From an uncultured archaeon (GTDB lineage Archaea > Altiarchaeota > Altiarchaeia > IMC4 > SCGC-AAA252-I15), in assembly GCA_902384455.1 (NCBI GenBank), contig CABMCB010000092.1:21106-85105 (forward strand): a stretch of 64,000 bases of DNA, given 5' to 3'. The notes beneath the pieces were generated by a model. It worked only from the letters and a program-made list of their open reading frames with translations, did no database searches and was not told where the DNA came from. The position numbers and the translations under genes are program-made. How positions within the stretch are numbered: the stretch's first letter is position 1; each line of letters starts with the position of its first letter. Of this stretch, positions 1-9,641 are shown one piece after another.

Positions 1-42
1 CTAAACAGAACTTAAACATACAAACTAACACTTAACCACATT

Positions 43-969
43 ATGCCGTACGCAATACCTAAAAACATCCGGTACGAGGAGAAGCTCCTAGGCCCCCTCA
101 CCGTCAAGCAGACTGCTTACGTCGGAGTAGGCGCGTCAATAGCCGGCTACATTTACATGATGAGCGGCCTGCAGGACGAAATCAAGACCGCCGCGGTACT
201 GGTCGTGGGGTTGCTGACGATAGGGTTTGCCATGTTCAACCTCGACACCCTACTTCGGACGTACGTGGGCTTCATGCGGGCGACTAAAAAGAGCAGTTGG
301 ATATCGCCTGCAGCACGAGAACTCCTTAACATCCAAAGCATCCGCGCAGACGCAGTCTACCTGAAAGACAAGAGGATACTTGGGCTGCTCAAGGTTAGGC
401 CCATAAACTTCGGCGTCCTTTCCGCGCACGACCAAGACACCGTCATCTACGGCTTCCTTGAGTTCCTCAACAGCCTCAACTTCAGCATACAGATTACAAT
501 GCGAAGCGTCAACCTCGACCTTGAGGATTATCTTCGGCACCTTAAACGCCGCATAGTGCACAGAGATGACAAGGTGGCTCTGGCGTACTACGAACACTTC
601 GCAGAGTACATGCGCACATACATCAAAGTGAACAGAATCAACGACCGGCACTTCTACGTGGTCGTGCCGGCCGCAAAAGGAAAAGACGAAAAAACAACCG
701 TATTAGACCTGGAAAAAAGATGCGAACTAATATCGGCTACTTTAGGCTTGAGCGGGATAGTTAGCGAACGGATGGACACCCATGCGTTAATCAATTTTTA
801 CAGCAGCTACTTCACGGAAACATTCGAGATATTCGAGTCATACATAAGCCCCATCACACTGTACAGGAAGATGTGGAAGCAGGCGCCAAAACACGTGTTA
901 AACCAAGCAGGACCCGGAGTTTCTCCGACTGCGCCGGCACAACAACCGCAGGCGAAGCCGCCGGAATAA
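43..969 (+). CDS. PrgI-family membrane protein fused to a VirB4/TraC N-terminal-like domain
   Basis: N-terminus IPKNIRYEEKLLGPLTVKQ plus two TM helices fits the PrgI/VirB3-like pattern; downstream PINFGVLS..DQ....GF..FLNSL..SIQI motif is typical of proteins encoded just before VirB4; 4 nt gap to the ATPase. Confidence 0.75.
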   Translation: MPYAIPKNIRYEEKLLGPLTVKQTAYVGVGASIAGYIYMMSGLQDEIKTAAVLVVGLLTIGFAMFNLDTLLRTYVGFMRATKKSSWISPAARELLNIQSIRADAVYLKDKRILGLLKVRPINFGVLSAHDQDTVIYGFLEFLNSLNFSIQITMRSVNLDLEDYLRHLKRRIVHRDDKVALAYYEHFAEYMRTYIKVNRINDRHFYVVVPAAKGKDEKTTVLDLEKRCELISATLGLSGIVSERMDTHALINFYSSYFTETFEIFESYISPITLYRKMWKQAPKHVLNQAGPGVSPTAPAQQPQAKPPE

Positions 970-973
970 TACC

Positions 974-3268
974 ATGGGACTAGCTGACTTACTACCTTTC
1001 GGAGGCAAAAAGAAGGAGACGACGGGAGCCGGCAACGAGACATACTCAGAATACGAAGACCGCCTCATAGAATACCTGACAAGCCCCTCCACGATCATCC
1101 AGCACAAGGAAGACATACAAATCAGCAAATACCACCGCGTAGTCGCAGCAATAGACTTCCCCCGCATCGTAGACCCAGGCTGGCTAACCCGGCTCATAGA
1201 AATGAACCTGGACTTCGACCTGTCGATGCACATAAACCCCTACAACGTAGACTCCACAATCAAACTGCTGGAGAACGAGATAAAGAAGCAGAAAACAGAC
1301 CTCTACGCGCTCGAATCAGAAGGAAAAATAGTGCCCCAAGCCCTCATACAACAGCACCAAGACACACTCGCACTACTACAACTCGTACAGGAAGGCACTG
1401 AAAAAATGTTCGACGTCTCCCTCTACATAGACGCCAAAGCATACGCCTCAGAAGAACTGGACTCAAACGCCAAACAAATAATGACGACGATGAACAGCAT
1501 CATGGTAACCCCAAAAATACCAAGCTACCAGATGTACAAAGGCCTCAAAAGCATCCTCCCCATCGCCGACGACCAATTGAGGGTGACGCGCAACATCACA
1601 AGCTCAGCACTCGCCGCCTGCTTCCCGTTTGCCATAACAAGCCTGGAAACTCACGCCACAGGCATACTACTGGGGTTCAACGAATACAACAGCATCCCCA
1701 TCATAATAGACCCCTTCAACTACACCAACCCCAACGTGCTCGTCCTTGGAACCAGCGGAGGCGGAAAAAGCTACACCCTAAAACTCATGATAATGCGGGA
1801 ATTCATGGAAGGAGTATCAGTCAACATGATAGACCCGCAAGCCGAATACACCGACCTCGTCAAGACTTTCAATGGGAAGACCATCAGAATCGCCCCCGAC
1901 AGCGACAGCATAATCAACCCCTTCGACCTCATGGGACAGACACTCGACGAAAAGAAACTATCATTGCTCGCATTCTTCCGCGTCCTCTTGGGCGAACTGA
2001 CCGAACCAGAACGCGCCATACTCGACGACGCCATAGACAGAACATACGAAGAAAAAGGCATAACAAACGACCCAAAAACATGGAGCAAAAGACCGCCGCT
2101 ACTCGAAGACCTATACAACGAAGTCCTACCCCTAACACGAAGCAGCAAAGACATAGTCTACAAACCGGCAATGGCCATAGTCAACCAAATGAAAAGCTAC
2201 GTGTTCGGCCCCATGAAGTTCTTGAACCAGCAGACTAAGATTGACCTAAGCAACCGGATGATCAATTTCGACATCCGGGACGCACCCGACATAGGCAAAG
2301 GAGTCATAATGTTCCTGATTCTCGAGTACGTCTACACCCAGATGAAGAAGAGCAAGACCAGAAAGATGCTCGTCATCGACGAAGCCTGGACGGTGCTCTC
2401 GGCAGGAGACCAGGCCGAGTACATACTGCGGCTCGTCAAGACGTGCAGGAAATTCAACCTAAGCTTGTGCATGATAACCCAAGACGTAGAGGACGTGCTG
2501 GTCAGCCGCGCAGGCCGCGCCGTGCTCACCAACACCGCAACCAAACTGCTTCTGAAGCAGGACACCAGCGTCATAGACCAGATTGCGGACAAATTCCACC
2601 TAAACGAAAACGAAGTCCGTTTCCTAAAGACCGCCCGCGCAGGACACGCTCTGCTCATCGCAGAAAACACGCGCGTCCCCATCTTCATCCAAGCAAGCCC
2701 CGAGGAACACCGCGTAATCACCACCAAACCAGACGAACTCATACAGCTGGAGCAGGTAATGCGGCCTATGGGCGACGACATCGTGCCTGAATTCGACATC
2801 AACAAGAAGATACACCAGAAGGCGGAACTCACGGACGACCAGATTAAGATACTGCAGGACAGAGACTTCGACGAAACCCGCATCACCACGCTAACGGGAG
2901 ACAACGAACTGTTCATCATAAAGAACGAGACTGAAGAATCCGACGAACACTTCGTGCTCCAACACCTGATACTGGAAGAAACCAAAAAACACACCGATAA
3001 AGGACTGTCCCACCACACCCAGCTGCCGGACGTAACGTTCGAAGCAGGAGGAGGACGCCTCGTCGCAGTCGAAGTCGAGACGGAGGGAGGACTCAAGAGG
3101 GCGCTTGAAAACATGGACACCAAACTCCCAGTCATGAAGAAGTACGACGACTACTTCTACGTAGTCACAAGCCCCACCATCAAAAGAGACTACGCAGACA
3201 GATTCGGCGGACCCGAAAAAGTCATTATGCGGGACGAAGCAGCAGCCAAAATCGCCTCATACTTCTGA
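974..3268 (+). CDS. virB4: VirB4-like type IV secretion/conjugation ATPase with C-terminal PD-(D/E)XK-like extension
   Basis: Walker A GTSGGGKS, IDPQAEY, INPFDL, Walker B VIDEAW, RKF..SLCMITQ; flanked by PrgI-like gene and pilins. Confidence 0.85.
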   Translation: MGLADLLPFGGKKKETTGAGNETYSEYEDRLIEYLTSPSTIIQHKEDIQISKYHRVVAAIDFPRIVDPGWLTRLIEMNLDFDLSMHINPYNVDSTIKLLENEIKKQKTDLYALESEGKIVPQALIQQHQDTLALLQLVQEGTEKMFDVSLYIDAKAYASEELDSNAKQIMTTMNSIMVTPKIPSYQMYKGLKSILPIADDQLRVTRNITSSALAACFPFAITSLETHATGILLGFNEYNSIPIIIDPFNYTNPNVLVLGTSGGGKSYTLKLMIMREFMEGVSVNMIDPQAEYTDLVKTFNGKTIRIAPDSDSIINPFDLMGQTLDEKKLSLLAFFRVLLGELTEPERAILDDAIDRTYEEKGITNDPKTWSKRPPLLEDLYNEVLPLTRSSKDIVYKPAMAIVNQMKSYVFGPMKFLNQQTKIDLSNRMINFDIRDAPDIGKGVIMFLILEYVYTQMKKSKTRKMLVIDEAWTVLSAGDQAEYILRLVKTCRKFNLSLCMITQDVEDVLVSRAGRAVLTNTATKLLLKQDTSVIDQIADKFHLNENEVRFLKTARAGHALLIAENTRVPIFIQASPEEHRVITTKPDELIQLEQVMRPMGDDIVPEFDINKKIHQKAELTDDQIKILQDRDFDETRITTLTGDNELFIIKNETEESDEHFVLQHLILEETKKHTDKGLSHHTQLPDVTFEAGGGRLVAVEVETEGGLKRALENMDTKLPVMKKYDDYFYVVTSPTIKRDYADRFGGPEKVIMRDEAAAKIASYF

Positions 3269-3298
3269 TTTTTAGTTACTGCCGGAGAGTATGTAACA

Positions 3299-3634
3299 AT
3301 GGGCCGGACAACGTTCATTTTATGCGGCGTAATGCTCGCTTTTGCGGTCGCGGACTGCTCGGCGCAGTTCACAAGCATACCCTCCAGCTGCGTCGTCGGC
3401 GGAGGCAACCTTGGTTACACTATCGCGCTAGGCAACTTCGACCTTTTAAACACTGAAATAATGAGCGTCGCCAGCGCCGCAGCAGTCGTGATGATTGGTA
3501 TGCAGGCGCTAAAGTGGACCACGGAAACAGACCCGGCAGGCCGCGAGAGCGCGCGCAAGGGAATTATTTACGTAGTGTTGGGTTTGGCGTTGATGATGAG
3601 CGCCGGCGGCATTGTGGGTTTCCTTCTCTGCTGA
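3299..3634 (+). CDS. TrbC/VirB2-like T4SS pilin 1
   Basis: Signal peptide, then helix-ALKWTTETDPAGRESARKGIIYVVLGL-helix hairpin of the T4SS pilin type. Confidence 0.75.
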   Translation: MGRTTFILCGVMLAFAVADCSAQFTSIPSSCVVGGGNLGYTIALGNFDLLNTEIMSVASAAAVVMIGMQALKWTTETDPAGRESARKGIIYVVLGLALMMSAGGIVGFLLC

Positions 3635-3661
3635 TTTTTATCCGCTATTGCCCAGTAGGTT

Positions 3662-4006
3662 ATGATGAAGGCGACGGTGTTGTTTGCTGCGACGTTCATT
3701 GTGTTTTGTTTTGCGAGTTTTGCGGCTGGAGCTCCTTGTTCTGTATCTGGTGCAGGTCCGATTACTGCGGCAGGCAGCACTTTTTACGACATGATTTGCG
3801 ACCTTGTTGAGATTGCTTCCGCATTGGGGACTCTTATGATTGCGATTCAGGGCCTAAGGTGGGCTGTCGCGGACGGCGCTTCCGAGCGCAATGAGGCGAA
3901 GAAGGGTATTATGTACGTTGTGATTGGTTTGGCTTTGGTTGTGAATGCGCCAACTATCGTTGACACAATTTACTGGAACAACATTCCGCCGGCGTATAAA
4001 CCATAA
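3662..4006 (+). CDS. TrbC/VirB2-like T4SS pilin 2
   Basis: Paralogue of pilin 1: GLRWAVADGASERNEAKKGIMYVVIGLAL; signal peptide. Confidence 0.75.
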   Translation: MMKATVLFAATFIVFCFASFAAGAPCSVSGAGPITAAGSTFYDMICDLVEIASALGTLMIAIQGLRWAVADGASERNEAKKGIMYVVIGLALVVNAPTIVDTIYWNNIPPAYKP

Positions 4007-4048
4007 AACTGCGGCCGTATATCAATAAAAGACTTTCTTCGGCGCGGC

Positions 4049-4522
4049 TTATTCTTCTTTTCGGTTTTCCCGTTCGGTTTCAGAGTAGGCGTCGCTTATT
4101 TCCATGCGGGCTTTTTCCCGTATGAGAAGGTGCAGTTCAGGTTCTACGCGCACTATGTCTGATTCGGTGATTATTCCCGCTATCTTGTTTTTCTGGGTGA
4201 CTATCAACCGGCGTATCGAGTTGTCGCGCATTAGGCGGGCGGCGTTGTCTACCGAGGACTCCGGGGAAACCGTTATGAGGGGATGAGACATCACAGTTGA
4301 CACGGGCGTCTTTGACGCGTCCTTGCTGTCCGCGACTACCTTGCATATTATGTCGCGTTCGGTCAAAACGCCTATGCCTTCGCCTTTCTGCAAGACGAGC
4401 AGCGCGGAAATCTCGTATTTCTTCATGACTTCAGCCGCCTTCTTGACTGGGTCGTCCACGTTTACTGTTATGACGCCTCGCGTCATCACGTCGCCGACTG
4501 TCAGCTCTTCGATTTCCTTCAC
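4049..4522 (-). CDS. CBS domain pair protein
   Basis: VGDVMTRGVITV...GVLTERDI...VMSHPLITV...GIITESDI. Confidence 0.9.
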   Translation of the reverse strand: MKEIEELTVGDVMTRGVITVNVDDPVKKAAEVMKKYEISALLVLQKGEGIGVLTERDIICKVVADSKDASKTPVSTVMSHPLITVSPESSVDNAARLMRDNSIRRLIVTQKNKIAGIITESDIVRVEPELHLLIREKARMEISDAYSETERENRKEE

Positions 4523-4567
4523 GTTAAAGTATTGAGAAAAGGCTTAAATAACGGGGATTGTTCAGCC

Positions 4568-4972
4568 TTATTTTTTATCTTTAAGGAATTCTTCCGTGGC
4601 CGGACAGAAACTCACAACCTTCATGTATTCCATTCCGTACATGCAAAAGAAGGGGAATTCGCCGCATATTTCGGGGCGATACGACTCCTTGTGTATGCTG
4701 CATTTGTCGTCTTTAAGGAAGACGCATTTGCCGTTCACCCGCCGCATTTTGTCTCCGATGTAGGCGTCCGGGAATCCTGCCGCATCAAGCTTTTTTTTGT
4801 CCTCGACGGTCACCTCTATTTCCCTTAGGCGGCAGCAGTTTCCGCACACGTGGCATTTCCATTTTTTCTTGTTCCTGGCGAGCATTACTCCTCGGATATA
4901 CATGTAGTACGCCGGTATGCCCGCAAAGAATGCGGCGACGATCACGCCCGTCATGAACTCTGAGTACGCCAC
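4568..4972 (-). CDS. YkgJ-family (CxxCxxCC) cysteine-cluster protein with N-terminal TM helix
   Basis: CHVCGNCC...CVFL...CSIH....RPEICGEFPF. Confidence 0.85.
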   Translation of the reverse strand: MAYSEFMTGVIVAAFFAGIPAYYMYIRGVMLARNKKKWKCHVCGNCCRLREIEVTVEDKKKLDAAGFPDAYIGDKMRRVNGKCVFLKDDKCSIHKESYRPEICGEFPFFCMYGMEYMKVVSFCPATEEFLKDKK

Positions 4973-4993
4973 GGTTAGGTTAGGAAGAGGGAA

Positions 4994-5821
4994 TTAAAGA
5001 GACTGCCTGTTCACGCACGCTTCTTTCTCAATCAGCGACTCTATCATGCTGCCTGTTCTGTACCCTGAGACGTCGAGCGTCACATAGACGAACCCGGCGT
5101 TCCTCAGGTTTTCCGTTACGTCCTGCCTTTTAGACAGCAGCATCTGGAAGTCGTCCGGCCTGACTTCTATCCGCGCTATGTCTCCGTGGCTTCTAACTCG
5201 CACCTGCTTTATTCCAAGGGACTTGAGGTAAGCCTCAGATTCCTCTATCCGCTCCAGCTTTTTAGGGGTAATCTCTTCGCCGAAAGGTATTCTGCTTGCC
5301 AGACACGCGTCCGACGGCTTTGCCGCCACAGGCAGACGAAGCTTCTTGGCCAGACGGCGAACTTCCTCCTTGGTGAAACCGATTTCTGCGAGAGGAGACA
5401 AAACGCCCCTCTCCTTTACCGCGTCGAATCCGGGCCTGTGACCGTTAAGCTCATCGGCGTTTGTCCCTTCCACTATGGCGTTGAATCCTCCGGATATGGC
5501 AAGAAGCCGCATTTCATCTGAAAGCATCCCCTTGCAATGGTAGCATCGGTCAGTCGGATTCCTTGCGAAATCAGGGTTCTTGAGCTCGTTGTGCTTCAGC
5601 ACAGTATGCCTTATGCCAATTGACGCCGCCACCTCACGCGCCTCAGCAAGAGCGATTTTAGACAAAGTAGGAGAATCCAACGTCGCAGCAACAGCGTTAT
5701 CGCCCAACTCCTCATGAGCTATTTTAGCCAAAACGCTGCTGTCAACTCCGCCGCTAAAAGCCACAATAACACGGCCTAAACCTCCTATTTTTTTGCGCAG
5801 CGCCTTCTCTTTTACGTCCAT
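4994..5821 (-). CDS. larE: LarE-family ATP-dependent sulfur transferase (PP-loop)
   Basis: AFSGGVDSS, RCYHCK, EGTNADE...HRPG, ACLASRIP, YVTLDVSGYRTGSM. Confidence 0.85.
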   Translation of the reverse strand: MDVKEKALRKKIGGLGRVIVAFSGGVDSSVLAKIAHEELGDNAVAATLDSPTLSKIALAEAREVAASIGIRHTVLKHNELKNPDFARNPTDRCYHCKGMLSDEMRLLAISGGFNAIVEGTNADELNGHRPGFDAVKERGVLSPLAEIGFTKEEVRRLAKKLRLPVAAKPSDACLASRIPFGEEITPKKLERIEESEAYLKSLGIKQVRVRSHGDIARIEVRPDDFQMLLSKRQDVTENLRNAGFVYVTLDVSGYRTGSMIESLIEKEACVNRQSL

Positions 5822-5874
5822 TACTGTTTTTTACCTCGCGGATTATTGTTTATGTAGTCGCAACTAAAAGCAGA

Positions 5875-7137
5875 ATGGCCAACTCTCGACTTTCCGGCTT
5901 CTACAAGCTTCCGCCGCATGAACGATTGTCGCTCGTAGTCAAAGAGTGCGCTCTCACGAAGGAGGAGTCGGATTCGCTGTCCGGCATAGGACTGTCTGTT
6001 TCACAGGCAGACCGGATGATTGAAAACGTGGTGGGCCTCTACAGTCTTCCAGTCGGGATTGCCACGAATTTTCTCATTAACGGCCGGGATTATATTGTGC
6101 CGATGGTTGTGGAGGAGCCGTCTGTGGTTGCTGCGGCGAGCAATTCGGCGCGCATAGCGCGCGAGGGGGGAGGTTTTAAGGCTGAGACGACTGACCCGGT
6201 GATGATAGGCCAGATTCAGGTTATAGGATTGGTTGATGCTAAGGAGGCTGCTGAAATTGTTTTGTCGCATAAGCAGGAGATTGTTGATTTCTGCAATCAG
6301 CAGGACAGCATCCTTGTGAAGTTCGGCGGAGGTTGCCGGGACGTGGAGGCCCGCGTGATTGACACTAAAGGCGGGAAGATGCTTATAGTCCATATTCTTG
6401 TGGACGTCCGCGACGCCATGGGCGCAAACGCCATTAACACTATGGCCGAGCGTGTGGCGCCTAAGATTGAGGAGTGGACGGGCGGAAAGGTTCTTTTGAG
6501 GATTATAAGCAACCTTGCAGTCTATCGTCTTGCTCGCTCTAAAGCGGTGTTTCCGGCGAAGGAGTTGGGCGGGGAGGAAGTCGTGGACGCGATACTTAAC
6601 GCTTACTGGTTCGCTGAAGCAGACCCCTTCAGGGGCGCAACGCACAACAAGGGGATTATGAACGGGATTTCAGCTGTGACAGTCGCAACAGGCAACGACT
6701 GGAGAGCGGTTGAGGCCGGAGCGCACTCGTACGCTTCATTCAAACACCACAGGTACACGACTCTTTCTCATTATGAGAAGGACAAGAACGGAGACCTCGT
6801 CGGCACTATAGAGCTTCCTCTTGCGGTGGGGCTTGTTGGCGGCGCAACCAAAATTCATCCGACAGCGCGCGCAAACGTCAGGATACTCGGCGTCAAAAGC
6901 GCGGCTGAACTATCTCAAGTCATCGCCTCAGTCGGGCTCGCTCAAAACCTTGCGGCACTTCGCGCGCTCGCGACTGAAGGCATACAGAAGGGCCATATGA
7001 GATTGCACGCGCGCAACGTTGCTGCGACCGCAGGCGCCGAAGGCGACGACGTGGAGGAAGTGGCGCGTTTAATCTACGAAGCCAAGAAGGTGAACGTGGA
7101 GTACGCCAAAGAAGTTCTCGCCAACCTGAAGAAGTGA
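5875..7137 (+). CDS. mvaA: Class II (bacterial-type) HMG-CoA reductase
   Basis: MIENVVG, EEPSVVAAAS, DAMGAN, THNKGIMNG, GIQKGHMRLH. Confidence 0.93.
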   Translation: MANSRLSGFYKLPPHERLSLVVKECALTKEESDSLSGIGLSVSQADRMIENVVGLYSLPVGIATNFLINGRDYIVPMVVEEPSVVAAASNSARIAREGGGFKAETTDPVMIGQIQVIGLVDAKEAAEIVLSHKQEIVDFCNQQDSILVKFGGGCRDVEARVIDTKGGKMLIVHILVDVRDAMGANAINTMAERVAPKIEEWTGGKVLLRIISNLAVYRLARSKAVFPAKELGGEEVVDAILNAYWFAEADPFRGATHNKGIMNGISAVTVATGNDWRAVEAGAHSYASFKHHRYTTLSHYEKDKNGDLVGTIELPLAVGLVGGATKIHPTARANVRILGVKSAAELSQVIASVGLAQNLAALRALATEGIQKGHMRLHARNVAATAGAEGDDVEEVARLIYEAKKVNVEYAKEVLANLKK

Positions 7138-7475
7138 AGTACCATATTGAAGAGACGTACAAAGGAGCAGGCTCCTGGATATGCGGCGACGGAATAAGAG
7201 GCCTCCATGAGTTGGCTAAACGCGTGGATGAGGCAGGCATATCAGACATCGGGGATTTGCCTGAGCCGCTTGCTTTCAGGAAACTTAGTATCAGGAAAAC
7301 GCGGTTCACGCCGCCTGAATCTGGCCTTCCGCTTAACGCCCTGCAGGTGTCAAGCGAGGGCAAGGATCTTTATTACGTCGTGAAATCGGAAAGAGGGTTG
7401 GGGGTCTACTTGCGCATAGAGGAACTTGACAAGCCGGTCAAGATTGCGGAAGTCGTCCCTAAGGAGTCTCATTGA
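7134..7475 (+). CDS. Hypothetical protein
   Basis: 113 aa ORF, GTG start overlapping the mvaA stop (GTGA), fills the gap before leuC. Confidence 0.55.
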   Translation: MKYHIEETYKGAGSWICGDGIRGLHELAKRVDEAGISDIGDLPEPLAFRKLSIRKTRFTPPESGLPLNALQVSSEGKDLYYVVKSERGLGVYLRIEELDKPVKIAEVVPKESH

Positions 7476-7511
7476 CTTATTAACTTTTTCCCCCAAAATT
7501 AGCCTCACATT

Positions 7512-8954
7512 ATGCAGCCTAAGACTTTGTTTGAGAAAATCTGGGACGCTCATGCGGTAACTGAGGTGGACGGCGAGACCTTGCTCTACGTCGACACTCA
7601 CCTGGTGCACGAAGTAACAAGCCCGCAGGCATTCGACGGGCTGCGCGCAAACCACAGGAAAGTCCGCCGGCCAGACGCGACTTTCGCAGTTCAAGACCAT
7701 AACGTCCCCACGATAAACCGCGACAAGCCAATCGCAGACCCAATAAGTCGCGCTCAAATCGAGGCCTTAAGGAAAAACTGCAAAGACTTCGGAGTCCGCC
7801 TGTTCGACTTGGACGACGTACGGCAGGGAATAATACACGTCATAGGCCCCGAACAAGGAATCACATTGCCTGGGACGACAATAGTCTGCGGGGATTCCCA
7901 TACCGCAACCCACGGAGCATTCGGCTCAATCGCATTCGGCATTGGCACAAGCGAAGTGGAACACGTCCTAGCCACGCAAACCATAATCGAAGAGCAGCCT
8001 GAAACCATGGCCATAAACATTGACGGCGAACTGGACGCAGGCGTCACACCCAAAGACGTCATATTGAACATAATCGGCGCCATAGGAACAGACGGAGCAA
8101 CAGGCTACGCCGTGGAATACCAAGGCGAAACAATACAGAAAATGAGCATGGAAGGGCGGATGACAGTCTGCAACATGACAATAGAAGCCGGCGGAAGATT
8201 CGGTTTGATTGCACCCGACGAAACAACATTCAACTACCTATATGGGAGGCCTTTCGCGCCTAACGGCGATTTGTGGGAGAATGCGGTTTCTTACTGGAGG
8301 GCTTTGCCTTCAGATGATGAGGCGGAGTTTGACCGCCAGATTTTCTTGCGCGCAGAGGAGATGGCGCCTATGGTCACTTGGGGTACTAATCCCGCGCAGG
8401 TTATGCCTATAGACGGCAGCGTGCCAGACCCATCGATTTTCACCAACCCTGCGGACCGTGAGACTGCGATTCGCGCGTTGAAGTACATGGACTTGAAGCC
8501 CGGCACACCCATGGAAGACATCAGGATAGACCGCGTATTCATAGGAAGCTGCACTAATGCCCGAATAGAAGACTTGAGGGAAGCCGCCGAATACTTGAAA
8601 GGCAAAACCGTCGCCAAAGGAGTGGATGCTATGGTGGTGCCAGGAAGCGGTTTGGTGAAAAAGCAAGCTGAAAAAGAAGGCTTGGATAAAATATTCAAGG
8701 ACGCGGGTTTCAGCTGGCGCGAAGCAGGATGCAGCATGTGCCTATGAATGAACCCGGACATACTAAAGCCGGGACAACGCTGCGCCGCAACAAGCAACAG
8801 AAACTTCGAAGGACGCCAAGGAAAAGGAGGAAGAACACACCTAGTCTCACCCATAATGGCGGCGGCAGCAGCGGTCGCAGGCCGCTTCGTCGACGTAAGG
8901 CAGAAAGCAAAGCAGAAGAAGCCGGACAAAAAACTGGAGGCTTCGGGGTACTAA
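7512..8954 (+). pseudogene. leuC: 3-isopropylmalate dehydratase large subunit interrupted by one in-frame TGA (8745-8747)
   Basis: [39 protein letters not shown] then [11 protein letters not shown] in the same frame; may be a nonsense allele, a sequence error or readthrough. Confidence 0.85.
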
Positions 8955-8955
8955 A

Positions 8956-9564
8956 ATGGAACCATTCACTTCGCACACGGGGAAGGCCGCGCCGCTACTT
9001 AAGGCGAACGTGGACACAGATCAGATTATTCCCAAACAATTCCTCAAGCGCCTGACTAAAACCGGCTATGAAGACGGATTGTTTTACGACTGGCGATTTA
9101 AGGAAGACGGAAAAACCCTCAACCCCGATTTCGTCCTAAATAAGCCGCAGTTCAAGAACGCAAGTATTCTCATCGCAGGCGAAAATTTCGGAGGCGGAAG
9201 CAGCCGGGAACACGCAGTCTGGGCGCTAAAAGACTACGGATTCAAAACAGTCATCGCACCCGAATTCGCAGACATATTCCATAACAACAGCACAAAAAAC
9301 GGCCTACTACTAATCACACTACCCGTCGAAGAAGTTGAGGAATTGGCGTACCAAGCAGAAAAAGGCCTGACATTGACAATAGACCTACCCAACCAGACAG
9401 TCAAAACACCAAACAAAACCATTTCATTCCAAATCGACGAAAACACCAAACACAAAATCCTCACAGGCGAAGACGAAATAGCCTCCACACTAAAACACGC
9501 CAACGAAATAGAAGCCTTTGAAGCGGAACACAAAAAGAAAGAACCGTGGGTTTTCGGAAGATAA
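8956..9564 (+). CDS. leuD: 3-isopropylmalate dehydratase small subunit
   Basis: NVDTDQIIPKQFLK, NFGGGSSREHA, FADIF; directly follows leuC. Confidence 0.95.
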   Translation: MEPFTSHTGKAAPLLKANVDTDQIIPKQFLKRLTKTGYEDGLFYDWRFKEDGKTLNPDFVLNKPQFKNASILIAGENFGGGSSREHAVWALKDYGFKTVIAPEFADIFHNNSTKNGLLLITLPVEEVEELAYQAEKGLTLTIDLPNQTVKTPNKTISFQIDENTKHKILTGEDEIASTLKHANEIEAFEAEHKKKEPWVFGR

Positions 9565-9614
9565 GTCATTAGTAAAATACGCTCAGGGAACTCCTTTTGT
9601 GCATGAGGGAATTT

Positions 9615-9632
9615 TTAGGCGAAGCCGCCTAA
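9615..9632. other. Perfect 7-bp inverted repeat TTAGGCG-aagc-CGCCTAA after leuD
   Basis: Seen directly in the intergenic sequence; possible terminator or operator. Confidence 0.4.
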
Positions 9633-9641
9633 TCGCCAAGA

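Noticed and set aside
8745-8747. Selenocysteine or genome-wide TGA recoding at the leuC stop
   Set aside because: The position is Gly/Ala rather than Cys in homologues, TGA ends several full-length genes here, and the hairpins after leuD lack a convincing archaeal SECIS GAA/A motif
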